Positions 9,040 through 16,696 of a DNA stretch of 34,340 bases are shown here, one piece after another. A model generated the notes under the pieces. That model was not told the DNA's origin, searched no databases, and saw only the letters and a list, made by a program, of their open reading frames with translations. Source of the stretch: a virus (Duplodnaviria > Caudoviricetes); the IMG/VR virus record IMGVR_UViG_3300020045_003826, positions 1 through 34,340 of that record. One strand, given 5' to 3'. Position 1 is the first letter of the stretch, and every line of letters starts with the position of its first letter. The translations under genes were made by a program, and so were the position numbers.

Positions 9040-9137
9040 TAAACTAAAACGCCTCATTCCAATAGGTTACAGCTACCGAAACAAGGCTTTTAAAATGTGG
9101 TTAATATTGTAGGCTGTAACACTACAAGGCAAATATA
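9040..9137 (-). promoter_or_regulatory. Moron promoter and structured leader/attenuator
   Basis: TATATTTG 9137-9130; 15-bp hairpin 9087-9051 with five G.U pairs and a U-rich tail; loop complementary to 5' leader. Confidence 0.65.
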
Positions 9138-9172
9138 GTAATAATAACTTAGTTCTCTAAACGTTATAGAAA

Positions 9173-10354
9173 TTACCTAAAATAGTGCGTATAAACACCG
9201 TATCTTATAGCGTCCATTAAATGGTTAAATTGATCTATTGGTTCATTTGTTGATTTGCCTGTAACTTTATCAACTAACCACATATATTTACGCTTCTCAA
9301 TATCTAAATTCAAACTTGATGCTGTATAGAATACCTTAAATTCGTTTAATTTTGCTATTCCTGCTTTTATACTACCCGGTCCTTTATTTGCAGGAAGAGC
9401 CATAACTTGTAGTCTTCTAAGTTGGCTAACAATATCTTTATCATGCTCACAATATATTGGTAACCCGTCCTTTAATCCATTAGCATTTAGTATTTGCTTT
9501 AAATTAGTAGGAGTTATGCCTGGAGTATAACATAATTCGTGTATAAATATTGATTCTCCTATCCGGACCAACTTAACGCCTGCAGTAGGATCATTTGTAT
9601 AACCAAAATCTAAACCTCCAAAACTTGGTTCATTCCACGGATATTGATCGTCTGGTATTTTCTGCCAATTAGGGAATATTAAACCAATTAAGTTTCCGGT
9701 TAATCCTCGCGCGTAAACATTCCATAAATTTTTATCTTTTATTCCCTCAGTTCTTGCGTGTTCTTTTTCCGATAAGAATGGATTATGCCTATGATCACTA
9801 ATTATTAATTGAACGTTAGCGGACAAATCATTGCTTTCATTATCGGTCCCTATTAATTTTTCATGTGCCCAGAATGGTGCCGATGGATTATAATCAATAA
9901 ACGTTTTTACTCTGGTCCTCTTAGCTATTTGCCAAAATATAAGCCACGAAATACCATTAGCCTCATTAAAAAATGAATATTGTCTTTTACCTTGTTTTGC
10001 GGACTGCTCAGTATCGCAACTAATAAATTCCATAATCCACCCAGATTTAAAATAGATGGTCCGGTCCGTTTCATTCCAATTTTTAATATGAGATTTTAAC
10101 TCATCATTGGAGTTACATATTGATTTAGCTGTACGATAAGCCCCCTTCTTTAAATTGTTAACCGTTTCGCCAACTATTGTTATGATCGGGTCCTCATCAG
10201 GTGCAATTGTAGAAGTTGCAATAGTTAATAATACTTGAATAATTGAATAAGTTTTGCCAGAATCTGTTCCACCCTGGTTTACTACAATATCCGCTTTTGA
10301 ATTATAATTAGCCTCAAATACAATTGAGGTATTAAACATTGGATTACTTAACAT
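9173..10354 (-). CDS. terL: Terminase large subunit (PBSX/Terminase_3 type)
   Basis: Walker A QGGTDSGKT, Walker B FFNEAN, DYNP, nuclease GLDFG and NHLMDAIRY; start likely 10354 or 10339 (track 10396). Confidence 0.93.
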   Translation of the reverse strand: MLSNPMFNTSIVFEANYNSKADIVVNQGGTDSGKTYSIIQVLLTIATSTIAPDEDPIITIVGETVNNLKKGAYRTAKSICNSNDELKSHIKNWNETDRTIYFKSGWIMEFISCDTEQSAKQGKRQYSFFNEANGISWLIFWQIAKRTRVKTFIDYNPSAPFWAHEKLIGTDNESNDLSANVQLIISDHRHNPFLSEKEHARTEGIKDKNLWNVYARGLTGNLIGLIFPNWQKIPDDQYPWNEPSFGGLDFGYTNDPTAGVKLVRIGESIFIHELCYTPGITPTNLKQILNANGLKDGLPIYCEHDKDIVSQLRRLQVMALPANKGPGSIKAGIAKLNEFKVFYTASSLNLDIEKRKYMWLVDKVTGKSTNEPIDQFNHLMDAIRYGVYTHYFR

Positions 10355-10898
10355 CTTTTTCTGATCCTGATAAAGGTGGTCCAGATTGGTAAACATTTAT
10401 TATTGGAGCCTTAATAGCTTCATCTTTCTTTTGCTTATTATCATTCTCAAAGAAGCCTAAGTGTTTCCCTATACTTTCAAGCGCCTTGATTTTATCGTGC
10501 ATTTTAAATTCTATAACCTCAGTTTCCCCGGAGTCATTAGAAAATGTCGTTCGCTTAACTGATCCTATTGCTTGCGCCTTATCGGGATCTACTTTCATTA
10601 AATCTTTTGCTGTTAAATCTCCGTTAAAATAATCTTGAATATTAGAAAACCCTATTTTAGCAAATTCATTTAATACCATTTCTTGAGTTATCCCTACCTT
10701 TTCAGCTAATGGCTTGCGGAGCGTGCACAGCCTTTTTGAGACGTTATCATTTGTTAGCAACCTACTAGCCTCTTCTTTTGCCGATCTCTCGCTATACCCT
10801 GCCCTAATAGCTGCTTTAGCACCATTTAAATCAATAAGGTATTCCTGGCAAAATCTCTCTTGCTTTTCGGTTAATCCTATTTCTTTGTCAAATGCCAT
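10344..10898 (-). CDS. terS: Terminase small subunit (Terminase_2)
   Basis: LTEKQERFCQEYLIDLNGAKAAIRAGYS; DKIKALESIGKHLG. Confidence 0.93.
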   Translation of the reverse strand: MAFDKEIGLTEKQERFCQEYLIDLNGAKAAIRAGYSERSAKEEASRLLTNDNVSKRLCTLRKPLAEKVGITQEMVLNEFAKIGFSNIQDYFNGDLTAKDLMKVDPDKAQAIGSVKRTTFSNDSGETEVIEFKMHDKIKALESIGKHLGFFENDNKQKKDEAIKAPIINVYQSGPPLSGSEKDVK

Positions 10899-10992
10899 AA
10901 TCAGTTACAAAACACTATATAAAACCTATAACGACTTTCTAACCGTTCTATTATCGGCTCAATGTATAGAAGCTCGAATGATTTCATTAATA

Positions 10993-11029
10993 CAAAGTTA
11001 TAACAATTTAGGCAATTAGCAAACCGTTA
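10993..11029 (-). promoter_or_regulatory. Terminase promoter with shared 24-bp motif
   Basis: TTTG (11023-11020)-N19-TAACTTTG (11000-10993); motif TAACGGTTTGC-TAA-TTGCCTAAAT. Confidence 0.75.
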
Positions 11030-11118
11030 GTAAAATATACGTGAAATTTTAGGGTTTATGCGTTTTACGTATCGGTAAGACACCAATGATTACGGGAAAT
11101 TCTGTTTTTTGGAGGGAA

Positions 11119-11370
11119 TTAAATCATATTCTCGATATAGATTTTCAAAAGCCTTTTTAACTCATCATTAATAGCCGGCATAGTGTTTAATCTTAATAAT
11201 GCAAAATCCCTTATACTCTTATCGCTTGTAGTAATCTTTAAGGCTTTGTACTCAATTGGATAATTTGCCTTTAAAAACTCTTCATAATGCACCATTACCT
11301 TCATTAGCTTGGTTTGTTCTACAATAATAGAACTGATAATGTGTATTGAAAAGTTTTCTGAAACCTCCAT
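11119..11370 (-). CDS. Hypothetical protein (immunity region)
   Basis: 83 aa ORF downstream of lipoprotein. Confidence 0.55.
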   Translation of the reverse strand: MEVSENFSIHIISSIIVEQTKLMKVMVHYEEFLKANYPIEYKALKITTSDKSIRDFALLRLNTMPAINDELKRLLKIYIENMI

Positions 11371-11393
11371 GAGTCATTAAGTAACCTAATTTC

Positions 11394-11729
11394 TTATAGA
11401 TTAAAGCTAATCGTACCTATTGTGTTATTGCACTTTAATCCTTTTTGCTGAACAGTTCCTTTATACGTTACCTTTAAGTGGATGCTGTCACTTGCTGACT
11501 GAACGTTATTTTTAAGTGTTATTGTGAACTTTAAATCCTCTTCTGATACATTGTAAGTGTTTGAATAGTTAGTTGATGTAACAACTTGTTGAGCCTGGAA
11601 TACCTTTAATGTACTATTGCTTTTAGTGTTATATACTTCTACCGTTACGGTTTCAACAGGTTTTACTTCATCTTTCTTTTTACAAGCAGTTAAAGAGATT
11701 ATTGCAGCTAATATTATTACTTTTTTCAT
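11394..11729 (-). CDS. Lipoprotein, candidate superinfection exclusion
   Basis: MKKVIILAAIISLTA|C lipobox then KKKDE; same strand as and downstream of repressor. Confidence 0.75.
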   Translation of the reverse strand: MKKVIILAAIISLTACKKKDEVKPVETVTVEVYNTKSNSTLKVFQAQQVVTSTNYSNTYNVSEEDLKFTITLKNNVQSASDSIHLKVTYKGTVQQKGLKCNNTIGTISFNL

Positions 11730-11762
11730 GATTTTAGTTTTTTAAGTTTTTCGTAAATGTAT

Positions 11763-11915
11763 TTAATTTAAACAAATATCTGAAATTAGGTTAATCACTC
11801 TTCTATCTAATTCTATTGATTTCTCTAGGTCTTTTATAATTCTATTTGCGGATTCAAGTGTGCGTATTAGGTTATTGTAATTAGGGCAGGACGAGCAGGA
11901 CAGTATTTGGATCAT
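11763..11915 (-). CDS. 50-aa protein with CxxC and coiled coil, coupled to repressor
   Basis: MIQILSCSSCPNYNNLIRTLESANRIIKDLEKSIELDRRVINLISDICLN*, ATGA overlap; not in track. Confidence 0.55.
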   Translation of the reverse strand: MIQILSCSSCPNYNNLIRTLESANRIIKDLEKSIELDRRVINLISDICLN

Positions 11916-12298
11916 TTATTTAGTTTAGTTATTAGCTCGATTAATTTATTGTTTTGTTCAAATAGTTTGAGATTAAGCCTTTTCAATTCTATTATTTCCT
12001 GAGTTAGTTTGTTGTTTTCAATCTTTAATGTCTCAATATTAGTCAATAAGTAGGCATCCTGTAATGCGTTTGGGTTGCAAACTTCATGCTTCTTATCATT
12101 CTTTTGTTCTTTTTTAATATGTTCGAACACTTGTTTTAGTTGTTCATTTCCATTAATTGCCTTGATTATCTCACTTGAAACGGTTGCATTATCGAATAAG
12201 CCGTATAGCTTAGTTCTACCAATGCCAAGCAGTTTAGCGAAATCAACGCCAGTTAAACCACTTTCTATATAAATTTTATTTAATATATCGCCAGTCAT
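11912..12298 (-). CDS. Putative immunity repressor (XRE HTH + C-terminal coiled coil)
   Basis: GLTGVDFAKLLGIGRTKLY HTH; divergent from early operon; operator-like palindromes adjacent. Confidence 0.75.
   Translation of the reverse strand: MTGDILNKIYIESGLTGVDFAKLLGIGRTKLYGLFDNATVSSEIIKAINGNEQLKQVFEHIKKEQKNDKKHEVCNPNALQDAYLLTNIETLKIENNKLTQEIIELKRLNLKLFEQNNKLIELITKLNK
12120..12129. promoter_or_regulatory. Operator-like palindrome inside repressor gene
   Basis: Perfect TGTTCGAACA, identical to 12364-12373. Confidence 0.55.
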
Positions 12299-12331
12299 TC
12301 TATTTTTTTATTCAGCTACTGTGTTAATAAC

Positions 12332-12388
12332 TATTCGAACAATTCCGAACATTTTATTTGTTTTGTTCGAACAGTGTCCGTACATTTG
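12332..12388 (+). promoter_or_regulatory. Early (lytic) promoter overlapped by four operator-like sites
   Basis: TTTG 12357-12360, N20, TACATTTG 12381-12388; sites TATTCGAACA 12332, ATTCCGAACA 12342, TGTTCGAACA 12364, TGTCCGTACA 12375. Confidence 0.8.
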
Positions 12389-12428
12389 TATTGTCGAAAG
12401 TAAATTTAATAAATCACTACTTAAAAAG

Positions 12429-12436
12429 CAAATATA
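12429..12436 (-). promoter_or_regulatory. Candidate repressor promoter -7 box
   Basis: TATATTTG on minus strand; no clear -33 box. Confidence 0.45.
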
Positions 12437-12694
12437 ATGGAAACAACTACTAAAACTACCACAAGTGATAACTCTCACTTTATCCCAACTAAATTAAAAC
12501 TGTCGTACGAAACATCATGTTGTTTAAATGATAAAGAAGGAACAACAGCATTGTTCACAGCTTACAAATATGATGATAACACAGGATTTAAAAATGAAGT
12601 AGTAAAACGTTACAACAATTATTCATGGGTTTATAGTACAATGATAGTGTTTGCTTGTTCAACTGTTATTTTATTAACTGCCTTAATATTCTAA
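12437..12694 (+). CDS. Hypothetical protein with C-terminal TM helix
   Basis: 85 aa, hydrophobic C-terminus; first early gene. Confidence 0.65.
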   Translation: METTTKTTTSDNSHFIPTKLKLSYETSCCLNDKEGTTALFTAYKYDDNTGFKNEVVKRYNNYSWVYSTMIVFACSTVILLTALIF

Positions 12695-12696
12695 TC

Positions 12697-12876
12697 ATGG
12701 ATGAGTTATCAATGAATACCCCTTTATATGATAAGGATAGAGAATACACAGATTGTGAAACGTGTTATGGAGATGGTCAAATAATGACGGCAAAATTATA
12801 TCCAGGCGGTCATACAGAAGTTATTGAAACTTGCCCTACTTGTCATGGCGAAGGATATATCGAAATAGAAAACTAA
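12697..12876 (+). CDS. DnaJ-type zinc-finger mini-protein
   Basis: CETCYGDG and CPTCHGEG (CxxCxGxG); start at ATG 12697. Confidence 0.7.
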   Translation: MDELSMNTPLYDKDREYTDCETCYGDGQIMTAKLYPGGHTEVIETCPTCHGEGYIEIEN

Positions 12877-12892
12877 CCCTTAAAATATAAAC

Positions 12893-13114
12893 ATGAACTA
12901 CACTAAAAAAAAGATTGAAAAATTATTAAAAGAGGCTTCGGATAGAGGCTTTGTAATAGGAGCAACATTTAAGGATTTACACACCTATCATACTAGAGAA
13001 ATAATCGATGGTGTTTTTTGGCAAGATGATTCTTATGACTTGCGAAATGAAAAAGATTGGGGGGCGTGTATTTATCATGGTGGAAATTGGGCTGAATTAA
13101 TAACTAATCATTAA
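12893..13114 (+). CDS. Hypothetical protein
   Basis: 73 aa, A-rich pre-start region. Confidence 0.65.
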   Translation: MNYTKKKIEKLLKEASDRGFVIGATFKDLHTYHTREIIDGVFWQDDSYDLRNEKDWGACIYHGGNWAELITNH

Positions 13115-13123
13115 AATATAAAT

Positions 13124-13288
13124 ATGACAAACGAAAACAAAATTATCCTTTTAAAAGGAAGTAAAAACGACTACCTAAATCAATTAGATGAAACCCCTGA
13201 TTGTGAAGTTGATAAATCACTTGGATTGATTGAATGTATTGAAAACTGTGATAAGCAGATAGAGGAGTTGCAGAGTAAAATTAAGTAA
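13124..13288 (+). CDS. Hypothetical protein, 54 aa
   Basis: MTNENKIILLKG...IEELQSKIK*; not in track. Confidence 0.6.
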   Translation: MTNENKIILLKGSKNDYLNQLDETPDCEVDKSLGLIECIENCDKQIEELQSKIK

Positions 13289-13319
13289 TGGTTTGTGTGG
13301 GTTCGATTCCCACGCTTAA
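13281..13319 (+). ncRNA. tRNA-like minihelix (T-arm plus closing stem)
   Basis: GTGGG-TTCGATT-CCCAC (13297-13313) closed by TTAAGT/GCTTAA; no D or anticodon arm. Confidence 0.4.
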
Positions 13320-13477
13320 ACAAAATTAAAGTTCTTTCTCGTATGGACGTTTGACCCACGGTAACAGGGTGGAATTACACAAATGTTTAACGTTTTGATA
13401 TGAAAACGTAGGCTCTCTTACTTATGGTGATGTTGAGAGATTTAGAACAACCATGAAACAATATTAAAAATAAATAT

Positions 13478-13672
13478 ATGAAAACAGGAATAGTATTAAC
13501 AGTCTTTTATATCGCTTTAGTAGTTGGTTTATTAGTTGGTGAAATTAAATGTGTAGTAAAGGCTTTTCAATGTAATTGGGATCCAATCGGAAAATCAGAG
13601 ATTATTTATACAGCTTCGGCTTGTTGTGGTCTTGGAGCCATTGTAGGTTATATCGACATACAAGACAAATAA
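13478..13672 (+). CDS. Small membrane protein
   Basis: 64 aa, two hydrophobic segments. Confidence 0.65.
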   Translation: MKTGIVLTVFYIALVVGLLVGEIKCVVKAFQCNWDPIGKSEIIYTASACCGLGAIVGYIDIQDK

Positions 13673-13789
13673 AGTACTACAATCCTTTGCTTTTGGTGCT
13701 GCTAGGATTTGAAAAACAACCATACTCCCTACTCATTTAAGATGTAGCATCGAAGCAAGGTAGGGACTTAACAATTTAAAAAAAATAAG

Positions 13790-14290
13790 ATGAGTAGAAT
13801 TACAAAAGACATAGCGAATCAGGTTGCTAAAAAATTGACTGATAAAAGAAAAATAGCAGTTGATAAAAAATATAAAGAGTTTCAAGAAGATGCTTTTGAG
13901 GCATATAAAAAGAAAATACCAAAAGATGTGTTAGAGTTTTATGCAACACATAAGACTTGGGTTAAAGAGGTGAGTCAATATAAATTAATCGGTCATGGTT
14001 GGAATCATGAATATGTTTATATGAGCGGTCTTTTACCCTCAAAAGATGGAAATTATATTAATGTTCCACTAGATGAGAAAACTAGTAAAGCGTTATTAAT
14101 AAAAAGTGATTACGTTAAAGAAGAAAGACAAAAGATAGAAGTTTTAAAGGACGAAATTATAACGGCTCTTTTAAGATTAGGAACTTTTAAAAGAGTAGAA
14201 GCTGAATTTAAAGAGGCTTATTTATTACTACCAAAAACAGTATCGCAAGCCTTAGTAGTTAACATTGATAAAATTAGAGAGAAACTATAA
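13790..14290 (+). CDS. Nmad5-like phage protein
   Basis: MSRITKDIANQVAKKL start and TFKRVEAEFKEAYLLLP end recall nucleotide-modification-associated domain 5 proteins. Confidence 0.5.
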   Translation: MSRITKDIANQVAKKLTDKRKIAVDKKYKEFQEDAFEAYKKKIPKDVLEFYATHKTWVKEVSQYKLIGHGWNHEYVYMSGLLPSKDGNYINVPLDEKTSKALLIKSDYVKEERQKIEVLKDEIITALLRLGTFKRVEAEFKEAYLLLPKTVSQALVVNIDKIREKL

Positions 14291-14314
14291 CAACCTTAAA
14301 ATAACCAAAGCATA

Positions 14315-14536
14315 ATGGAAACAGAAATTAAACCTAACCCATTTATCCGAAAAGTAGACAATGAAAATTGGAAAACGTTTAGCGATAAGTGTCGAGATGA
14401 TGCCTACAAAATTAGACATAAATCAGTTTTAAGATATACAATAGGAGCAACCGCAGTAGCTAACTACTTTTTAAGACAAGATGCCTCTGAACAAATAGAA
14501 ACAATTATAACCGAATATTTTAATAATCTAAAGTAA
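14315..14536 (+). CDS. Hypothetical protein
   Basis: 73 aa ORF. Confidence 0.6.
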   Translation: METEIKPNPFIRKVDNENWKTFSDKCRDDAYKIRHKSVLRYTIGATAVANYFLRQDASEQIETIITEYFNNLK

Positions 14537-14537
14537 T

Positions 14538-14633
14538 ATGAGATTAAAACTAAACGAGTGGCAAAAAGTAATATGTATGGCGGTTACGCTATTTATTTTC
14601 GGAATGATTTTAACCTTTACAATTTTATTATGA
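14538..14633 (+). CDS. 31-aa membrane peptide
   Basis: MRLKLNEWQKVICMAVTLFIFGMILTFTILL*, ATGA-coupled to next ORF. Confidence 0.55.
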   Translation: MRLKLNEWQKVICMAVTLFIFGMILTFTILL

Positions 14634-14758
14634 CAGAATTTACACCAATAGAATATGCACAACTTATGGGAGTTGTAGTCTTTATGGCAGTTCTTTTCGC
14701 TATCGGATGCGTATTAAGTAGATGGAATGATGATTTTAATAATGATAAAAACGACTAA
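14630..14758 (+). CDS. 42-aa membrane peptide
   Basis: MTEFTPIEYAQLMGVVVFMAVLFAIGCVLSRW...; start ATG 14630 rather than track GTG 14558. Confidence 0.55.
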   Translation: MTEFTPIEYAQLMGVVVFMAVLFAIGCVLSRWNDDFNNDKND

Positions 14759-14760
14759 TT

Positions 14761-15009
14761 ATGAGCTCAAATACAACCACAACAGACCCACTAACTAAAA
14801 TAGAGAATTTAGAGCGTTACGCTTGCGATACTGCCTTATCAAAAGAAGATAGAGCTTCTATTATTTCAGACATGAATAATCGTACTAGAGTATTATTAGG
14901 TGAAAGAGTTGGATTACCTGCCACATGGTGCGATAGAATGTGTGAATTAGAATCGTTTTACGGAATTCATAAAAACAAGTTTTCGAATAACAAAAAAGCC
15001 CCGAATTAA
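14761..15009 (+). CDS. Hypothetical protein
   Basis: 82 aa ORF. Confidence 0.6.
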   Translation: MSSNTTTTDPLTKIENLERYACDTALSKEDRASIISDMNNRTRVLLGERVGLPATWCDRMCELESFYGIHKNKFSNNKKAPN

Positions 15010-15055
15010 CAGAGCTTATTTGCGTCGAAAGTCAGCAAATGGATTGGCAACTAAC
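14992..15055 (-). ncRNA. Candidate antisense sRNA (~64 nt)
   Basis: Promoter TTTG(15092-15089)-N21-TATATTTG(15067-15060); hairpin ATTTGC[TGACTTTCGAC]GCAAAT; terminator AAGCTCTG-TTAATT-CGGGGCTT-TTTT whose G.U pairs form only on the minus strand. Confidence 0.7.
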
Positions 15056-15091
15056 AGTACAAATATAATAAATAATTAATAAATAAAGCAA

Positions 15092-16147
15092 ATGGATAAT
15101 TTAACACAAATCGAATCTACTGAATTAACAGTAGTCGCTCAAAATTCAGGAATAGAATTTAGTAGAGCTGAACAAATAACATTAAAATACGTGCCTTTTC
15201 TTTTAAAGATTCGGGAAGTAGAAGAACAAAGTAGAAAAATAGACTTTGAAAACCCTACCGATATTGATGAGAAAATTGCCAGAGAATTACGTTTATCATT
15301 AGTTCCAAATAGAACTGAAGCGGATAAATTTAAGAAAACAGAAAAAGCAGAAACTATTTTATTAAACGGCTTACATGATGATGCTTATGGTATTGTCGAC
15401 AAGACAAGTAAATTATTAGAATTAAAATTATCTAATGTTGAAAAGCAGCGAGAAATTGCAACTAAAGCAAAAATTGAAACATTAAGAATTGGACGTGTAG
15501 AATTAATTAAACCGTTTGGCGAACATTACGCAGCGATGGATTTAGGTAATATGGATGACGTCATGTTTGAATCTATTTATTCAGGGGCTAAATTAAGTCA
15601 TGAAGCCAAAATAAAAGCAGCCTTAGAAGTTGAGGCGGCTCGTATTGAAAAAGAAAAACAAGCAGCTATTGAATCGGAAAACCAACGTATTGAAATGGAA
15701 CGTTTGCGAAAAGAAAACGAGATTAAAGAAAAGCAAATTGAACTTGAAAGAATAGAAGCCGCAAAAAAAGAATTAGCCGCAAAAGAAAAAGCGGATGCTG
15801 AATTAAAAGAAGTAAATCGTTTAGCGAAAATTGAAAATGATAAGCAAGTGGCTATTTTATTAGAGCAGCAAAAAGCTAATGCAAAATTACAGGCTGAATT
15901 AAAAGCAAAAGCGGATGCTGAAAAAGCTGAACAAATAAGAATTGAAGATGAAAAGAAAGCTGTAATGGTTGCTGAAAAGAAAGCTGCAAAAGCACCTGAT
16001 AAAGTCAAGATGCTTGTTTGGATTGATGAATTAACGCTACCATTTATTGAGCTAAAACAAAACGAATCCAACATTAAAGCCTCTGATATTAAGGTAAAAT
16101 TTGAAGCCTTTAAAAACTGGGCTAAATCACAAATAGAAACAATTTAA
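15092..16147 (+). CDS. Long coiled-coil protein (recombination module)
   Basis: 351 aa, E/K/A-rich heptads. Confidence 0.7.
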   Translation: MDNLTQIESTELTVVAQNSGIEFSRAEQITLKYVPFLLKIREVEEQSRKIDFENPTDIDEKIARELRLSLVPNRTEADKFKKTEKAETILLNGLHDDAYGIVDKTSKLLELKLSNVEKQREIATKAKIETLRIGRVELIKPFGEHYAAMDLGNMDDVMFESIYSGAKLSHEAKIKAALEVEAARIEKEKQAAIESENQRIEMERLRKENEIKEKQIELERIEAAKKELAAKEKADAELKEVNRLAKIENDKQVAILLEQQKANAKLQAELKAKADAEKAEQIRIEDEKKAVMVAEKKAAKAPDKVKMLVWIDELTLPFIELKQNESNIKASDIKVKFEAFKNWAKSQIETI

Positions 16148-16158
16148 TAAATAAAATT

Positions 16159-16695
16159 ATGGCAAAAGAAACAAATATAGATTCTATGAAATATCGTAAA
16201 TCTACTCACCTGGCAGGTGTCGACATTGAAACAATTGTAGCTGATAAAGGCAATTGCATATTAACAATAAAAGAAGCGTTTTATAATACAAACGTTGACG
16301 TATCAGGAAATAAAACAAGCGGTTACTTTTTGGAGTTTAACGAAGATATAAAGCCAATGGTTGTTAATTCTGGTAATAGAAAAACAATTGCTTTAATCGT
16401 AAAAAACCTAACTAATTGTACATCAACTGAAAGTAGAAATATAGGTAATTGGGCAGGTAAAACTATTGAATTAATTTTTGATCCAAACGTTAAAATGATG
16501 GGGCAAATTGTTGGAGGTATAAAAATAGTGCCACCAACCGTTATAGTTATTTCAGATGAAAGCGGATTGCAAAAATTATCTGAATGTAAAACAATAGCCG
16601 ATTTAGTTGCTACATGGGAAACATTATCAATTGGAGAAAAGAAGTTGCCGACTATTTTGGCTAAAAAAGAATCACTAAAAACCACACTTAAATAA
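16159..16695 (+). CDS. Putative ssDNA-binding/annealing protein
   Basis: 178 aa directly upstream of exonuclease; function from context only. Confidence 0.45.
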   Translation: MAKETNIDSMKYRKSTHLAGVDIETIVADKGNCILTIKEAFYNTNVDVSGNKTSGYFLEFNEDIKPMVVNSGNRKTIALIVKNLTNCTSTESRNIGNWAGKTIELIFDPNVKMMGQIVGGIKIVPPTVIVISDESGLQKLSECKTIADLVATWETLSIGEKKLPTILAKKESLKTTLK

Positions 16696-16696
16696 T

